Shown one piece after another: positions 1 through 12,000 of a DNA stretch of 64,000 nt (position 1 is its first letter; each line of letters starts with the position of its first letter). The stretch covers positions 49,910,001 through 49,974,000 of the forward strand of contig NC_043005.1 of NCBI RefSeq assembly GCF_006345805.1. Direction: 5' to 3'. The position numbers and the translations under genes are program-made. Below the pieces are notes generated by a model, which saw only the letters and a list, made by a program, of their open reading frames with translations, was not told the DNA's origin and did not search any database. The stretch is from Octopus sinensis (Eukaryota).

Positions 1-124
1 TTTTAAAAATAGCTTGACTTGGCTCTCTTAGGACTTAAAATTGTGTAGGCACATAGGATGCACTCATCTCCTCAGATATTAGGAAATGAGATGGATGCAT
101 CCAAAATGTTATTAAAATATTATG

Positions 125-159
<35 letters not shown>

Positions 160-1456
160 ACATTACTTGATAAAAGCATGGTTAGGCTTCTAAGTATAAA
201 GAAGACATAGTGTGAAGGGTTAAATGTCAATATGATTTACCCATAACAATGAATCCAACAATATACATATTCCCTTTTGTTTGAGGGCTCACTAGGGGCA
301 GTGGGTCGATATGTAATAGAATGGTGAGAATTGAAAACCAAATCCCAGGATACCCAAACATCACAACCAAGCTACATAGTTCCATGTGATTTGAACATCA
401 CTGTCAGCATCAAGCCAATGTTTGACTCAATTTTCTTCTTGTGCCCTGTAAAGGGCTACTTTTTGTGGTAATTAAATTGCAGAATGCTGAGGCAGCTGAG
501 TGACACGTGTCTTCATTCTTACCACCCACACCAGATGGCTCAGATAGATGACAGGAACCCTGTTGCCATTTCCAGTTATATTGGGCAAACTGTATGTTGC
601 CATATCAATAGCTTTCCATAAATTCCAAGTAGTAACTCTCTCCCAGTATCTAATTATTGCTGTTGTTATCTGTAAAAGGCCAACACAGTTTGTTTTTGTG
701 TGGTAATAAAATCTTCTGTTGAATGTTCGTGGGTCTTCAGTTATTTCTACACGAAGACCAAGAAACATATTTTCATTCATTAGCTCAACCAGCTACCACA
801 GCAACTCAGCCAACTACCAAGTGACAGAAAAGTATGTAGTAATGGTGGGGAGTATTGAAGCTAGTGAAAGTGACGGTGGTTGAATTGAGATTGATGTTGA
901 TATATTCTGATGCTGGCACACGATGGTGGTTATGATGGTGATGTGGATAATGTTGAGGACAGCGAAGGTGGTGATGGTGATGTATGCAATGGCATGATGT
1001 CAGTGGTCAGTGAGCTGAAGGAGATGGTTGTGGAGGTGATGGTACAACGATGATGACATCAAAGTAGATGAAAGTGATGGTCATATTGGTGATGGTGGAG
1101 TTAAGGGCTGAGTGTATGGACATGTTGATGAACAGAAAAGGCTGTAAGTGTGTTAAAAAAAAAACCCAAAAATGCTTGAGAATTTTGTCACGGAAAAAAA
1201 AAAAAGAAAATACTGCGGCGATTTAGTTACACTGTAAGAGAAAATAAAATAAATTGAAATGAATTAAGTTCTTCTTTCATGATATTAATTCTAGAAGTTC
1301 ATATTTTTTTCCTCTACAAAATTCACATGCTATAGGCAGTTAGTTTAATTCTGAGGGTTACTGGGTTACCATCATAGTAATAGCAGCAACCATTTTAGCA
1401 GTGACAGTTGCCTTTTGTTCATAACTAGGAATGTTGATATTAAGGAATGACTATTA

Positions 1457-1818
1457 TCTCTCTATATATAAACTGCAAAATGTCTGTGTGTGTGTGTGTG
1501 TATCCTTTATACAAATCCACAATTTTTCAGTTAGAGGGCTTGCACTTTCTATGGTCATTCAAAACCGTCCAAGGGTGATCGTGCACATCTTTACATTTCC
1601 CCAGTCACCCTGCAAAGCCATTAAAAAATCAATAGAATGTGAATTTTCTATCCAAATCCCAATCAAAATGCCCGAAACTTGATATGCCAATTGAATGCCA
1701 ACTAGCTGTATGTGATTGGTCAGAGATTTGGACAGTACTCGCGTGTATGTGCGCACACACACAGCTGTATATGCATGTACTAGCACTATGACACAGCGTT
1801 GCCGGGTCATAGTGCTAG
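1457..1818 (+). mobile_element. Complete non-autonomous Helitron-type element
   Basis: Starts TC (TCTCTCTATATATATAAAC) after an A and ends CTAG before a T (A|T target, no TSD). Has an internal (TG)n and a terminal hairpin with 14-bp arms ACTAGCACTATGAC/GTCATAGTGCTAGT (1779-1792/1806-1819). Confidence 0.8.
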
Positions 1819-1998
1819 TTGGTCATAAAACACCTTCCCAAACAAGAAAATGTGTCTAAATTTGGTCAGTATGTCTGTCATAATTTGACTGTTTCTCAGC
1901 TTAAACAAAGAGTATTACTAGCTAGCAAATCTTTTCTGGATAGAATCACCACAAATGATGAAAAGTGGGTGCTCTATGATCATATCCCAATAAAACAA

Positions 1999-2261
1999 TA
2001 ATAGTAAAGGTAAAGTTACCTTCTTCAGTCATAAGGGCTGGTCTCTGACTTCCATGGCATATAAATTTCCCTACTGAACAGGATGCCAGTCAGTCACAGC
2101 TGACAAAACACATTTGTTCCATTCCACATGAGTGAAATGGAGCAATGTGAAATGAAATGTTTGCTCAAGAACATAACGCATTGCCCAGTCCAGAAATTGA
2201 AACCACATTCTTATTAACATGAGTCCAACACTCTAACCACTAAGCCATGCACCTCAACTCA
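1999..2261 (-). mobile_element. tRNA-derived SINE (family C)
   Basis: A-box-like TGGCTTAGTGG head on the minus strand; 10-bp TSD AATAAAACAA at 1989-1998 and 2262-2271; the body recurs many times in the window. Confidence 0.8.
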
Positions 2262-2339
2262 AATAAAACAACAATGGTTAGCACCAAATGCAAAAGGAGA
2301 ATCCATCCCTAAACCAGAACTACATACATAAAAAAGTTA

Positions 2340-2415
2340 TTTATGGGCATATAGGGTAGTGGTGAAGAGCGTTGGCTACTAACCTCAAGATTCCGAGTTC
2401 GATTCCAGGCAGTGA

Positions 2416-2480
<65 letters not shown>

Positions 2481-2666
2481 TCGAAAAATACCTTAGGAAT
2501 GAGAACCATGGTTCGAAATTTCCTCAAAACACCTGATGAAAGCTGGAGAGTATATCAGCCAAAACATTGTGTTAACAACAAACAAGATGAGGACAAATAT
2601 CCGTCGATTGTAAATAATATAAATAATGTACACAATTCCTCATCTCTTAAATATAGAACTGTATTT
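2340..2666 (+). mobile_element. tRNA-headed SINE-like element containing a hammerhead ribozyme motif
   Basis: A box TAGGGTAGTGG, B box GTTCGATTCC, (AAT)n spacer, HHR-like motif at 2528-2573. TSD AAAAAGTTA at 2331-2339 and 2667-2675. Homologous to 26710-26959 on the minus strand. Confidence 0.8.
2528..2573 (+). ncRNA. Degenerate small type I hammerhead ribozyme
   Basis: Stem I AACAC/GTGTT, core CTGATGA, stem II GCTG/CAGC, then AAAAC-ATT where the canonical motif has GAAAC-GTH. Probably inactive. Confidence 0.65.
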
Positions 2667-2844
2667 AAAAAGTTACGTTCTGTATGATGGCATATAAAGT
2701 GTGTCATCTCTCATGAAGTGTTAACCCAAAATGGAACAACCAATGCAGAGAAGTATTTTGGTTAACTGAAAGCATTACACAAAAAATTGGCAGAAAGTGC
2801 ACTCATTATTAATCAATTATAAAGTGGTGTTACTCTTATATGAT

Positions 2845-3250
2845 AATTAAGTTACCTTCTTGAGTCACACTGACTCATAAGAGCTGGCTTCCTGGTTTCA
2901 TGGCATATAAATTCCTCACCTGGACAAGATGCCAGTCTGTTGCAGGATTACTCATTTTTGCCAGCTGAGTGGACTGGAGCAATGTGAAATGAGGTGTTTT
3001 GCTCAAGAATACAACACATCACCCGGTCTAGGGATCGAAACCACAATCTTATGGTCAAGAATCCAACACTCTAACCACTAAGTGACAGACCTCCACTTGT
3101 ATTTATTTCTACAGCTGAGTGGACTGGAGCTACATGATGTGAGGTGTTTTGCTCAAGAACACAACACATCATGTGGTCCAGGAATTGAAACAACCATCTT
3201 ATGATAATGAGTCCGGCACCCTAACCACTAAGCCATGTGCCTCCACATAC
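2845..3250 (-). mobile_element. Two adjacent family C SINE copies
   Basis: Repeated GACTGGAGCAATGTGAAATGAGGTGTTTTGCTCAAGAA...CTAACCACTAAG blocks inserted at the HDN codons of the mariner fossil. Confidence 0.75.
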
Positions 3251-5099
3251 AATAATGCAAGACCACATACTAATTAGGTTGTTCAAATAAGGATTATGCA
3301 ACTAAATATAGAAATTTTACCTCAGCTTCCTTACTTACCTGACCTTGCACCATCTATTATCTTTCTAGATCGTCTGGTCCAGGGATCAAAACCACCATCT
3401 TATGATAATGAGTCTGGCACCCTAACCACTAAGCCATTTACCTCTACATACAATAATGCAAGACCACATACTAACTAGGTCGTTCAAATAAGTATTATGC
3501 AACTAAATATGGAAATTTTACCGCAATTCCTTACTTACCTGACCTTGCTCCATCTATTACCTTTTTAAATCATTGCAACATTATATAAATGGGAAACTTT
3601 TTATAATTGTGGTGCACTTGAGCACTTGCAGTGCACCCAAGTACTTGTAGTGCACCTGAGCACTGTATACAATAAATTCACTCATTCATAATTGTGAAAA
3701 ATAAAAAAAAAACATTATATTGATCGTTTCTTTGCCTCTGAGCACAAAGAATTTTACACCCATTGGATCATCAGTTTGACAAATAGATGAGAGCATGTTA
3801 TCAGTAATGAGGGTAAAATATTATCTTGATTAAACATATCAATTAAAACTAAAGAAGAATTTGTTTCTTTCCCGTCATGGAATGTGACAGAACTGTTTCT
3901 CCAATCTAATATATATTTTTTCAAAATTTTTCTCTTCAGAACAATTTTCCATGGAAAGTGTGTCAGCTACTTTTTGTTAGACTTCAAGTGAACTATAAAG
4001 TCAAACAGTTTGAAAATCATTGCAGTAGAGCGTGATTTGAAGGAGGTCTTGGCTGCTATTTCTAGTTAGACTGAGTAAGATGTAACTAATATTAGATGTA
4101 ACTAATATTTGTTGTAAGCGTCATTGAAATTGTTTGATAATGGTAGCAGATGTTTATTTTTGTCTGAACAGTAATTGAATAAATGACGAAAGTAGAGTTT
4201 CACCTTGGCAACCATAATGACAAGAAATGTTTAAACACACACCCACACACACAAATACACAAAGTAAAACTGATGTCTTTTAAGAATTAATTTCAAATTA
4301 CTTGCCACCACCATCTTTTTATTCTTATTACCCCTTTATTAAAAGGGGTGACAAGAATCTGTTTTTTAGAGAATGAGAAAGAAAAAGGGAGAGAGAAATG
4401 GAGAGAGAAAGAGGGAGTATAAGTTGTGTGTGAGTGCTGTGTTGTATGTAATTTGAGGTATTACTGATAATATTGATGTGACTGAGGGGCGTTGCAACAT
4501 CAAGTTCCTGCCGTTGAAGTCCCATAGTTGGATAGGGATTTAGGGTCTGCTGTGTCAAGCTAGACCATGTTGGCACAGATCAGCAGTCAGTAAATTGACC
4601 AACACTTTTATCAACCCTGGAAAGATAAATGGTAAAGTTGACCCTGTTGTGATGTGAACTCAGAACATCAAAAGCCAGTTCAAATTCAATAATGTACTTT
4701 TTTTTTAGCCAATGCTCAACGATTCTGCCAATCCACTGTTCCAAATTGCCTATAGCTACAATGAGAGAATAAATTAACCATTACCAATTTCCTAATATTT
4801 AAATGAATGTATATGTGTTCCAAGGCCACAAGGAGAAGGTCATGCACTATATGGCTTTCTTTTGAAATTTGTTTGGTTTAGTACCTGACAGAAAGCTTAG
4901 GAATATTATATACCCTCCAAACACTGTAACAATCACTGGGAAAAGTTAGTAATTAGTAAAATTTGGTTATGGTAATTAGTAAATTAGTACAGTAGTTTGA
5001 AAAAAAATACTTATCATCCCTATATAACACAGATATACATACATACATTGTATATACAGAGTGTGAGGGTTGCTTTTGATTTTGTTGACTACAAAGTAT

Positions 5100-5790
5100 A
5101 GTTGGGCATCATCTGTAACAAAAACAGCACCATGAAGCAATTCACTCTGCCAGAAATTTGGAAATGACATACTGTACTGCTTGGCATTCACACTGGAAGC
5201 TCCAATATGAACATTTCAAAGTGCTTGACTGTCACTCTGAGGACAGTGCAGAGGATTTGGAAAGAGTTGGATGAGTCTAATGGTGATTATGAAGGTATGG
5301 CAGCTTGGAAAACTCACTTTGATTGTTTTGGTAAAAAAAGAACTCCTGAATTTGTTGGTGAGATCCAGGCCATGATTGACAATGATCCTTCCAAGTCAAT
5401 CCGGTCCATCACCAGGGTCATAGGAGCATCTGAATTTCTTATCAGGCAAGTAGTGCATGAAGAGATTCAGTATTCCTCATACAAGATGACAAAGGACCAA
5501 TTTTTATCCCAAGCCATCACGGACAGGAGGAAAGACCATGCTACAAAGCTTTTAAACAAACTCAAGCATCCCCTCCAACCAAACATGCTTTGGTTTTTCT
5601 CAGATGAGAAAAATTTCTGCCAGGATCAGATGGTGAACACACAGAACAACTGTAGGCTAGCTGTGCCTCCAAAACATGTACAGTCAACATCGTGGTGTTT
5701 GGAGTGATCACTAGTGATGGTGACATTATGCCTCCATTCACCTTCCCACACAGCCTCAGACTTAACACAGAGGCCTACATCAAGTGCCTC
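5100..5790 (+). pseudogene. Tc1/mariner-superfamily transposase fragment (maT/DD37D-like)
   Basis: ORF 5207-5707 has an HTH-like N-terminus and LWFFSDEKNFCQDQMVNTQNN around the first catalytic Asp. It frameshifts into VFGVITSDGDIMPPFTFP and is then truncated. Confidence 0.85.
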
Positions 5791-6202
5791 TCAAAATGAA
5801 TGCCACAGTTTTGTCTTTCTACAGTATATCCATGTTAAGTAAGATGTACTCAATGCAATTTTGAACTAATACTGCTTCTGTTACTGATAACAGATTCCTG
5901 CCAAGGTTAATTTTTTTTCTTTTGTCTTTCCAGATCAGTCAACTAAAGTATCATTGAAGTGCTGGGGGTTGATTTAGTATCCACATAAAACATCCTAGAT
6001 GTAAATGGAATTGCAACAGAAACTTAGATGAAAGACCACTATCATTACATAGGTTTGTAAGGAAGGGAACACAGCTGCCTGAATAAATTCCAGGTCACTT
6101 AGGGAAAATACAATAAGTACCCTAGCTCTAATTTTGTAGATCTCAGAGGAATGAAAGGTAAAGTTTAACCCCTATAAAAATTGAACACAGAAGACTTTAC
6201 AC

Positions 6203-6839
6203 CAACAGTTCTCAACCATTTTTGCCTATGGACCTCTTTGATTCCTATTTTACTTTGCTAGACCCTAATAAATATTTGATGTTGAAAAAAAGTTCTATTT
6301 TATTTTTGTAGTTAAATATTCTTTTATTCTTTTACTTGTTTCATTCATTTAACTGCAGCCATGCTGGAGCACCTCCTTAAAGGGTTTTATTCGAACAAAT
6401 CAACCTCGGAACTTATTCTTTGTACTTATTCTATCAGCATTTTGCTGAACCACTAAGTTACGGGGATGTAAACACACCTACATCAGCTGTCAAGTGATGG
6501 TGGGGAGGACAAGCACAGACACAAACAAACAAATACACACACACATATATACATGACAGGCTTCTTTCAGTTTCCATCTACCAAATCTACTCACAAGGCA
6601 TTGGTCAGTTTGGGGCTATAGTAGAAGACACTTGCCTAAGATGTCACATAGTGGGGCTGAATCCAGAACCATGTGGTTGGGAAGCAAGCTTCTTACCACA
6701 CAGCCACATCTTACAATAAAAATTGTTTAAATATTTTGTGTATTGTAAAAATATGATTAATTTATTGCAGATAAATTCTAACAGAAAAATCTTATGTGGA
6801 CCCCCCAGGGGCTGGGTGGGCCCTGGTTGAGAACCATTG
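6203..6839. mobile_element. hAT-type MITE with a nested SINE
   Basis: 15-bp imperfect TIRs CAACAGTTCTCAACC / GGTTGAGAACCATTG; 8-bp flanks CTTTACAC / GTTTATAC (6 of 8 match). Confidence 0.65.
6318..6710 (-). mobile_element. Dominant SINE (family A) nested in the hAT MITE
   Basis: CTTTTACTTGTTTC..GGCCATGCTGGAGCACC..TGGTTGGGAAGCAAGCTTCTTACCACACAGCC body, seen about 20 times in the window. Confidence 0.85.
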
Positions 6840-8404
6840 GTTTATACTTATACCATCTGGAGTCTCTGTATGTGTTGATAAAGCCATGAATCTTCCTCTG
6901 GAAAACTCTAGCATAAGTTTCTCTCTTGATAAGTTTATCATGTAAATTAATTACAACACAGTAAATTCATTGTCTGTAATTTCATCACCTGGTAATTTCA
7001 TCACAAGGTAATTACATCATGAAATAATGCATCTTTGGTAAGTTCATCATCATGTTAAATATATACTCAGAAATACTGAAGTATGGAATAAACTACCAGT
7101 ATTAGTTGTTAGTTTCAGCAAACTACATCCTTCAAAACTTTCATGCTTTCTGACATTTTCCAGAAGTACCCTGGATGTCCCCTTACCTTTTTTTCTTTTT
7201 AAATGACTCCTTCACTGTTCACTTCCTGTGCATTATTCTATGTACTGTTCATGCACTTTTGGCAAACTTTTCTGATAAGTTGTAGTGCACCTGAGCTCTG
7301 TATACATTAAATTTGTTATTTTATCTTTGGTTTTTTCTTTTTATCCAGAAAGTAAATGTGTTACTAAACACTAAATTTTGATTCAATGATCGAGTCACAT
7401 TTATCATTTATCGTTTACTTGTTTCAGTCATGGGGCACAATCTTGAAGGGTTTAGTCAAACAAATCAATCCCAGGAATTATTTTTAACTCTGGTACTTCT
7501 ATCAGTCTCTTTTGTTGAACTACAAAATTATGGGGAAGTAAACAAACCATCAGTTGTCAAGTGGTGGGAGTCAAATACATGCACACATACACAAGCACAT
7601 ACACATATGTATACAGTGAGCTTTCACATAGTTTCTGTTTGTCAAACTCACTCACAAAGCATTGGTTGACCCAGGTCTATAGCAGAAGACTCTTGCCTGA
7701 GGCGCTGAGCAGTGGGACCAGACTGGAAACCACATGGTTGCAAAATGAGCTTCTTAACCACACAGCCATGTCTGTGCTTTAAAGGGGAAAAATTTTTTTA
7801 AAAACTCCAAAGGCAGAAAATTCTTTCTATACTGGAAAATTTTAGATATTTTGTAAAAAGGAATAATCATCTAATAAAATAATAATCACTGATGCAGAAA
7901 TTCTACATTGGAAAAAAATTTTTTTAAACATTCCCAAGAGAATTCAATTCACCATTGATGAATATCAAAATTGTGAAATACTGGAAATTCTGGGCTCATT
8001 TAAGAGGTATTACTTATAATTTTTCTTTTTTGAATTCTAAATAGTGTTGTGTCTTTTTTCTGCATGATTTTGTGATTCTATTTTTAAAAGTAAATTTGAT
8101 TTATTTTCTTTTTCATGCAAATACTGAGTGAATTTAATATTAATAATTTTTTGTCTTTGAAATTCCTTTCCATTGTTTATGAAATTTGATGGTATTTACT
8201 TTAAATAATGTTTAGCATTGTATATACACAGTGGATAAAAAGCATAATGATGAGTTTATTGGTTATGTATTGACCTGGCAATGTAATTACAATGCAATGA
8301 AGCCACAGGTGCTGTATTTGCAGTTACTGGATGCTGTTATTGTACTGAAGAGCAGCAGTTTCTCATGTGTGTAAATCTCTTCTCTGCATATCACTGAAGT
8401 TAGT

Positions 8405-8620
8405 AAAATGCAGCTAGCTAGCAGAATCGATGGCATACCTTGCAAAATGCTTAGCAGCATTTCATCTGTCTTTATGTTCTGAGTTCAAACTCTGCTGAGG
8501 TCGACTTGCCTTTCATTCTTTCAGGATCGATAAGATATGCACCAGTTGAATACCGGGGTTGATGTAATTGACTTAACTCCTTCCCTGAAATTGCTGGCCT
8601 TGTGCCAAAATTTGAAAACA
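8405..8620 (+). mobile_element. tRNA-derived SINE (family B)
   Basis: GCAGAATC..AAATGCTTAGC..GAGTTCAAA B box, then GCCTTTCATTCTTTC..GTCGATAA..ACCAG central block, which resembles the MetaSINE-type domain. Recurs at 14245, 25465, 34070, 34290, 35820, 40010, 42680 and 45170. Confidence 0.75.
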
Positions 8621-8659
8621 ATATCCTTGTGTTTTCCTTAGTCTAAGGAAAAGACAAGG

Positions 8660-8995
8660 GCAAATACGTGATGGCATAAATGATTGTAGCAAACATTTTC
8701 ATCGCAATGCAAAGAGCTTTGTAAAAAGCATCTAGTTCACACTGTAAAGTGGTTGGCATTTGGAAGAACATCCAGCCGTAAAAAAATATGCTAAAACTAA
8801 CCTCACCTGTGCTTGTGCCACATAAAAAGGACTCGGTCAACTCTGCAGGGTGGTTGGTGTTAGGAAGGGCATCCACCCGTAAAAACTATGCTAAAAAGAC
8901 ACAGAAGTCTGGTGTGCTCTTCTGCCTGGCCAGCTCCTGTCAAACCGTTCAACCCATGCTAGCATGGAAGTCGGATGTTAAATGATGAGGATGAT
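8660..8995 (+). mobile_element. Repeat family D (LINE-3'-end-like/SINE)
   Basis: GGTTGGTGTTAGGAAGGGCATCC..AACCCATGCTAGCATGG..GATGATG tail; homologues at 10100, 13170, 30575, 57470, 59965 and 60630. Confidence 0.7.
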
Positions 8996-9224
8996 GTTGT
9001 GTATGTGTGTAGATGTATTGTGTTTGTCCCTAACCACCACTTGATAGCTGGTGCTGGTTTGTTTATATCCCTATAGAATAGTACCAGGCTTAAAAGACAA
9101 AATGAAGTACTGGGGCTTGATTTGTTAGATTAAACTCTTCATGGTGGTACTCCAGTGCATCCAGCTGTAGAAAATATATGATGCTTTGGTTGACCCAGGG
9201 TTATATTAATAATGAACTTGTTGC

Positions 9225-9550
9225 ATATTGACACTCCACTGGTTATGATGGCAAGGGATCCAGTTGATTCAATCAATGGAACAATCTGCTTGTGAAATTA
9301 ACACGCAAGTGGTTGAACACTTTGCAAACATGTGTACCCTTAATGAAGTTCTCAGGGAGATTCAGCATGACACAGAGTGTGACAAGACTGGCCCTTTAAA
9401 ATACATGTGCTATACATTTTTCCCAGCTGAGCAGACTGGAGCAACATGAAATAAAGTGTCTTGCTCAAAGACATAACGCCATGCTAGGAATTGAACTCAG
9501 GACCTTATGATCGTGAACTGAATACCCAAATCACTAAGTCATGCACCTTC
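9225..9550 (-). mobile_element. Family C SINE
   Basis: Reverse complement of the 37068-37454 body (GATCCAGTTGATTCAATCAATGGAACA..GTGTCTTGCTCAA). Confidence 0.75.
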
Positions 9551-10674
9551 ACTTTATTGTATGCAGTGCTCAGATGCACTACAAGCTCAGTCAACAGAGA
9601 GGAGTTACAACTAGATGAAATCTCTAAGTGGTTTAAATGTACAAATCTCCAGTATCTACATTGCTAAAATGTGTCAGCAAAGGGCACCCAGTAGTTATGA
9701 CCTAGATGTGGCCCAGCCCCCTTAGAGTATAAGAAGTGATGGGCTGAAACACCTTCTGCTGTTCAGCTCTCTTGAGAGTTTCTTACCACTGAAGACACTT
9801 GCCCAAGGTATCATGCAGTGGGACTGAACACAAGTCTGTTATTATTATGGCCAGGTTCCAACTTGGGTTACAGCAACAAAGTCCATCTGTCACACTTCTT
9901 GATCCGTCATCACTGTTTTGTCATCACTGTTTCATTCTAGGTGAGTGTCTGCAATCAAGTGGTCGATGTGAGATGATTCTTACCTCTTCTTGCATCACCA
10001 TGAAATGTCTTCCACAAGACTAATTTGGATGCTTCCCAGTCATGGTTGGGAAGCAAGCTTCTTAGCAACATGGCCACATCTGTTTCTCTCTCTCTCTTTC
10101 CTCTTTTATAACGTTTGCCTTCTATGCTGACATGGGTTGGATGGTTTGACAGGAGCTGGCCAGGCAGGAGCCTTCACCAGACTTCTGTGTCTGTTTTGGC
10201 AGGGTTTTTACAGCTGGATGCCCTTCCCAACACCAACCACCTGGTAGAGTGGACAGAGTACTTTTTACAAGGCACAAGCACAGTTGAGGTCAGTTTTGGC
10301 ATGGTTTTTATGGCTGGATGTCCTTCCAAATGCCAATTGCTTTGCAATGAAAAAATAAATGTTAGAATTATGACTTGAAATTTGGCTGTTATTTCTAGCA
10401 AGTCGATCGACTACATTGAAGCTCCCTCGAGAGTTCATTGATCCTCTTTTGCAGAAACCTGGAACAGTGGTGGATGAGAGATGTTCATGTTCTTCTCCAT
10501 TGCTTTTATTTTGGCCTTTTGCTTCATGTTAAATCTCTTCTACTCTGATTACCATTCACCTCATCTATCCAGCTATCCACCCCCTATATCTAATCATACA
10601 CATGCAAAAAAAAAAAATAAACAAAATAAATGAATAAATAAAACGGTTATTCTCACCCCTGTCAAATTAATTTT

Positions 10675-10778
10675 CTTCTTCTTCTTCTTCTTCTTCTTCT
10701 TCTTCTTCTTCTCTTCTTCTTCCTTCTTCTTCCTCCTCTCCTCCTCCTCCTCCCTCTTCCCCATCTCCTTTTTCTCCT

Positions 10779-10810
<32 letters not shown>

Positions 10811-10975
10811 CTCCTCTCCTCCTCCTCCTCCTTCTTCCCCTTCTCCTTTTTCTCCTTTTTCTTCTTCTTCTCCTTCTTCTTCTTCTTCTTCTTCTTCTCC
10901 TTCTCTTTCTCCTTTCCTTCTCTCTTCTTCTTCTTCTTCCCTTCTCCTTCCCCTTCTCCTTCTTCTCCTTCTTCT

Positions 10976-11007
<32 letters not shown>

Positions 11008-11350
11008 CTCCTCTCCTCCTCCTCCTCCTCCTCCTCCTTCTTCCCCTTCTCCTTTTTCTCCTTTTTCTTCTTCTCCTTCTTCTTCTTCTTCTTCTTCTTC
11101 TTCTTCTCTTCTTCCTCTTCTTCCTCCTCTCCTCCTCCTCCTCCTCCTCCTTCTTCCCCTTCTCCTTTTTCTCCTTTTTCTTCTTCTTCTCCTTCTTCTT
11201 CTTCTTCTTCTTCTTCTTCTTCTCCTTCTTCTTCTCCTTCCCCTTCTCCTTCTTCTTCTTCTTCTTCTTCTTCCCCTTCTCCTTCCCCTTCTCCTTCTTC
11301 TTCTTCTTCTTCTTCTTCTTCTTCTTCTTCTTCTTCTTCTTCTTCTTCTC
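10675..11350. repeat. Polypyrimidine (TTC/TCC)n tract with higher-order repeats
   Basis: About 675 bp of essentially C/T only on the plus strand, with a recurring block CCTCTCCTCCTCCTCCTTCTTCCCCTTCTCCTTTTTCTCCTTTTT. Confidence 0.95.
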
Positions 11351-11749
11351 AACCTCCTTTTTTTTTTTTTATCTCCCGTCTTTCTTTTTCCCTATTGGAA
11401 TGTCAATCAAAGCCTTACCATTATTTGAAGAAAGAATTCTGTTCGACATTTCCCTACAGCCCCGTCCTGAATCCTTACCCTAGTATCCATCATTTTTTTT
11501 TTTTCTTTTTCCTATTTATTATTTTTTTTTATTGATTACATAACATCAGTTTTATATTAGACAAGTAAAAGGGTTAATCTTGAGATTTTTTAGAATGTTT
11601 AGCCATTAGATGAAATGAAATAAGATTTTTTTTTTCTTTTCTTTCTCTCCTTATTTTCTTTTTTGTTTGTTTGTTTGTTTCTTTTTCACTTCTTCTATTT
11701 CTTCCATTTTTGTTTTTCTCTTCTAACTTTCTTCTCATGCTCTTCCTCC

Positions 11750-12000
11750 TATTCATCATTGTCAACATCATCACCTGCAGCAACTGCAGCAGCAGCAGCA
11801 GCAGCAGTAACAGCACCTTCGCCTTCACCATCACTGCTGCCTCTGCCACCGCCACCACAACCACGACCACCGCCACTGCCATCATCACTACTATCATCAG
11901 GACCACAACTGACAAAATCATCTCCTTCCGTCACTGTCATCATCATCATCATCATCATCATAGTCGTCATCACCACCACCATCATCATCATCATCAGTAT
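11750..12000. repeat. Trinucleotide mosaic (CAG/CCA/CAT)
   Basis: Imperfect (CAG)n, (CCA)n and (CAT)n runs; the overlapping ORFs are low-complexity translations. Confidence 0.8.

Larger units (their letters stand above)
1380..3720 (+). pseudogene. Fragmented mariner transposase fossil, split by several later insertions
   Basis: Collinear decayed motifs: HLPKQENVSKFGQYVCHNL (WVPHxL-like) and FLDRITTNDEKWVLYDH (1820-1985); QWLAPN..PKPELH (2270-2330); CVISHEVLTQNGTTNAEKY (2690-2760); ARPHT..EILPQLPYLPDLAPS (YSPDLAP-like, 3260-3360, duplicated at 3460-3560). Confidence 0.85.

Noticed and set aside
472-780. 102-aa minus ORF; plus-frame peptide containing SSYIGQT (GIY-YIG-like)
   Set aside because: Only a 5-residue match with no other endonuclease motifs; cannot be assigned.
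10594-11352. 252-aa Arg/Glu/Lys-rich ORF
   Set aside because: Translation of a (GAA/GGA)n tract that lacks stops by composition.
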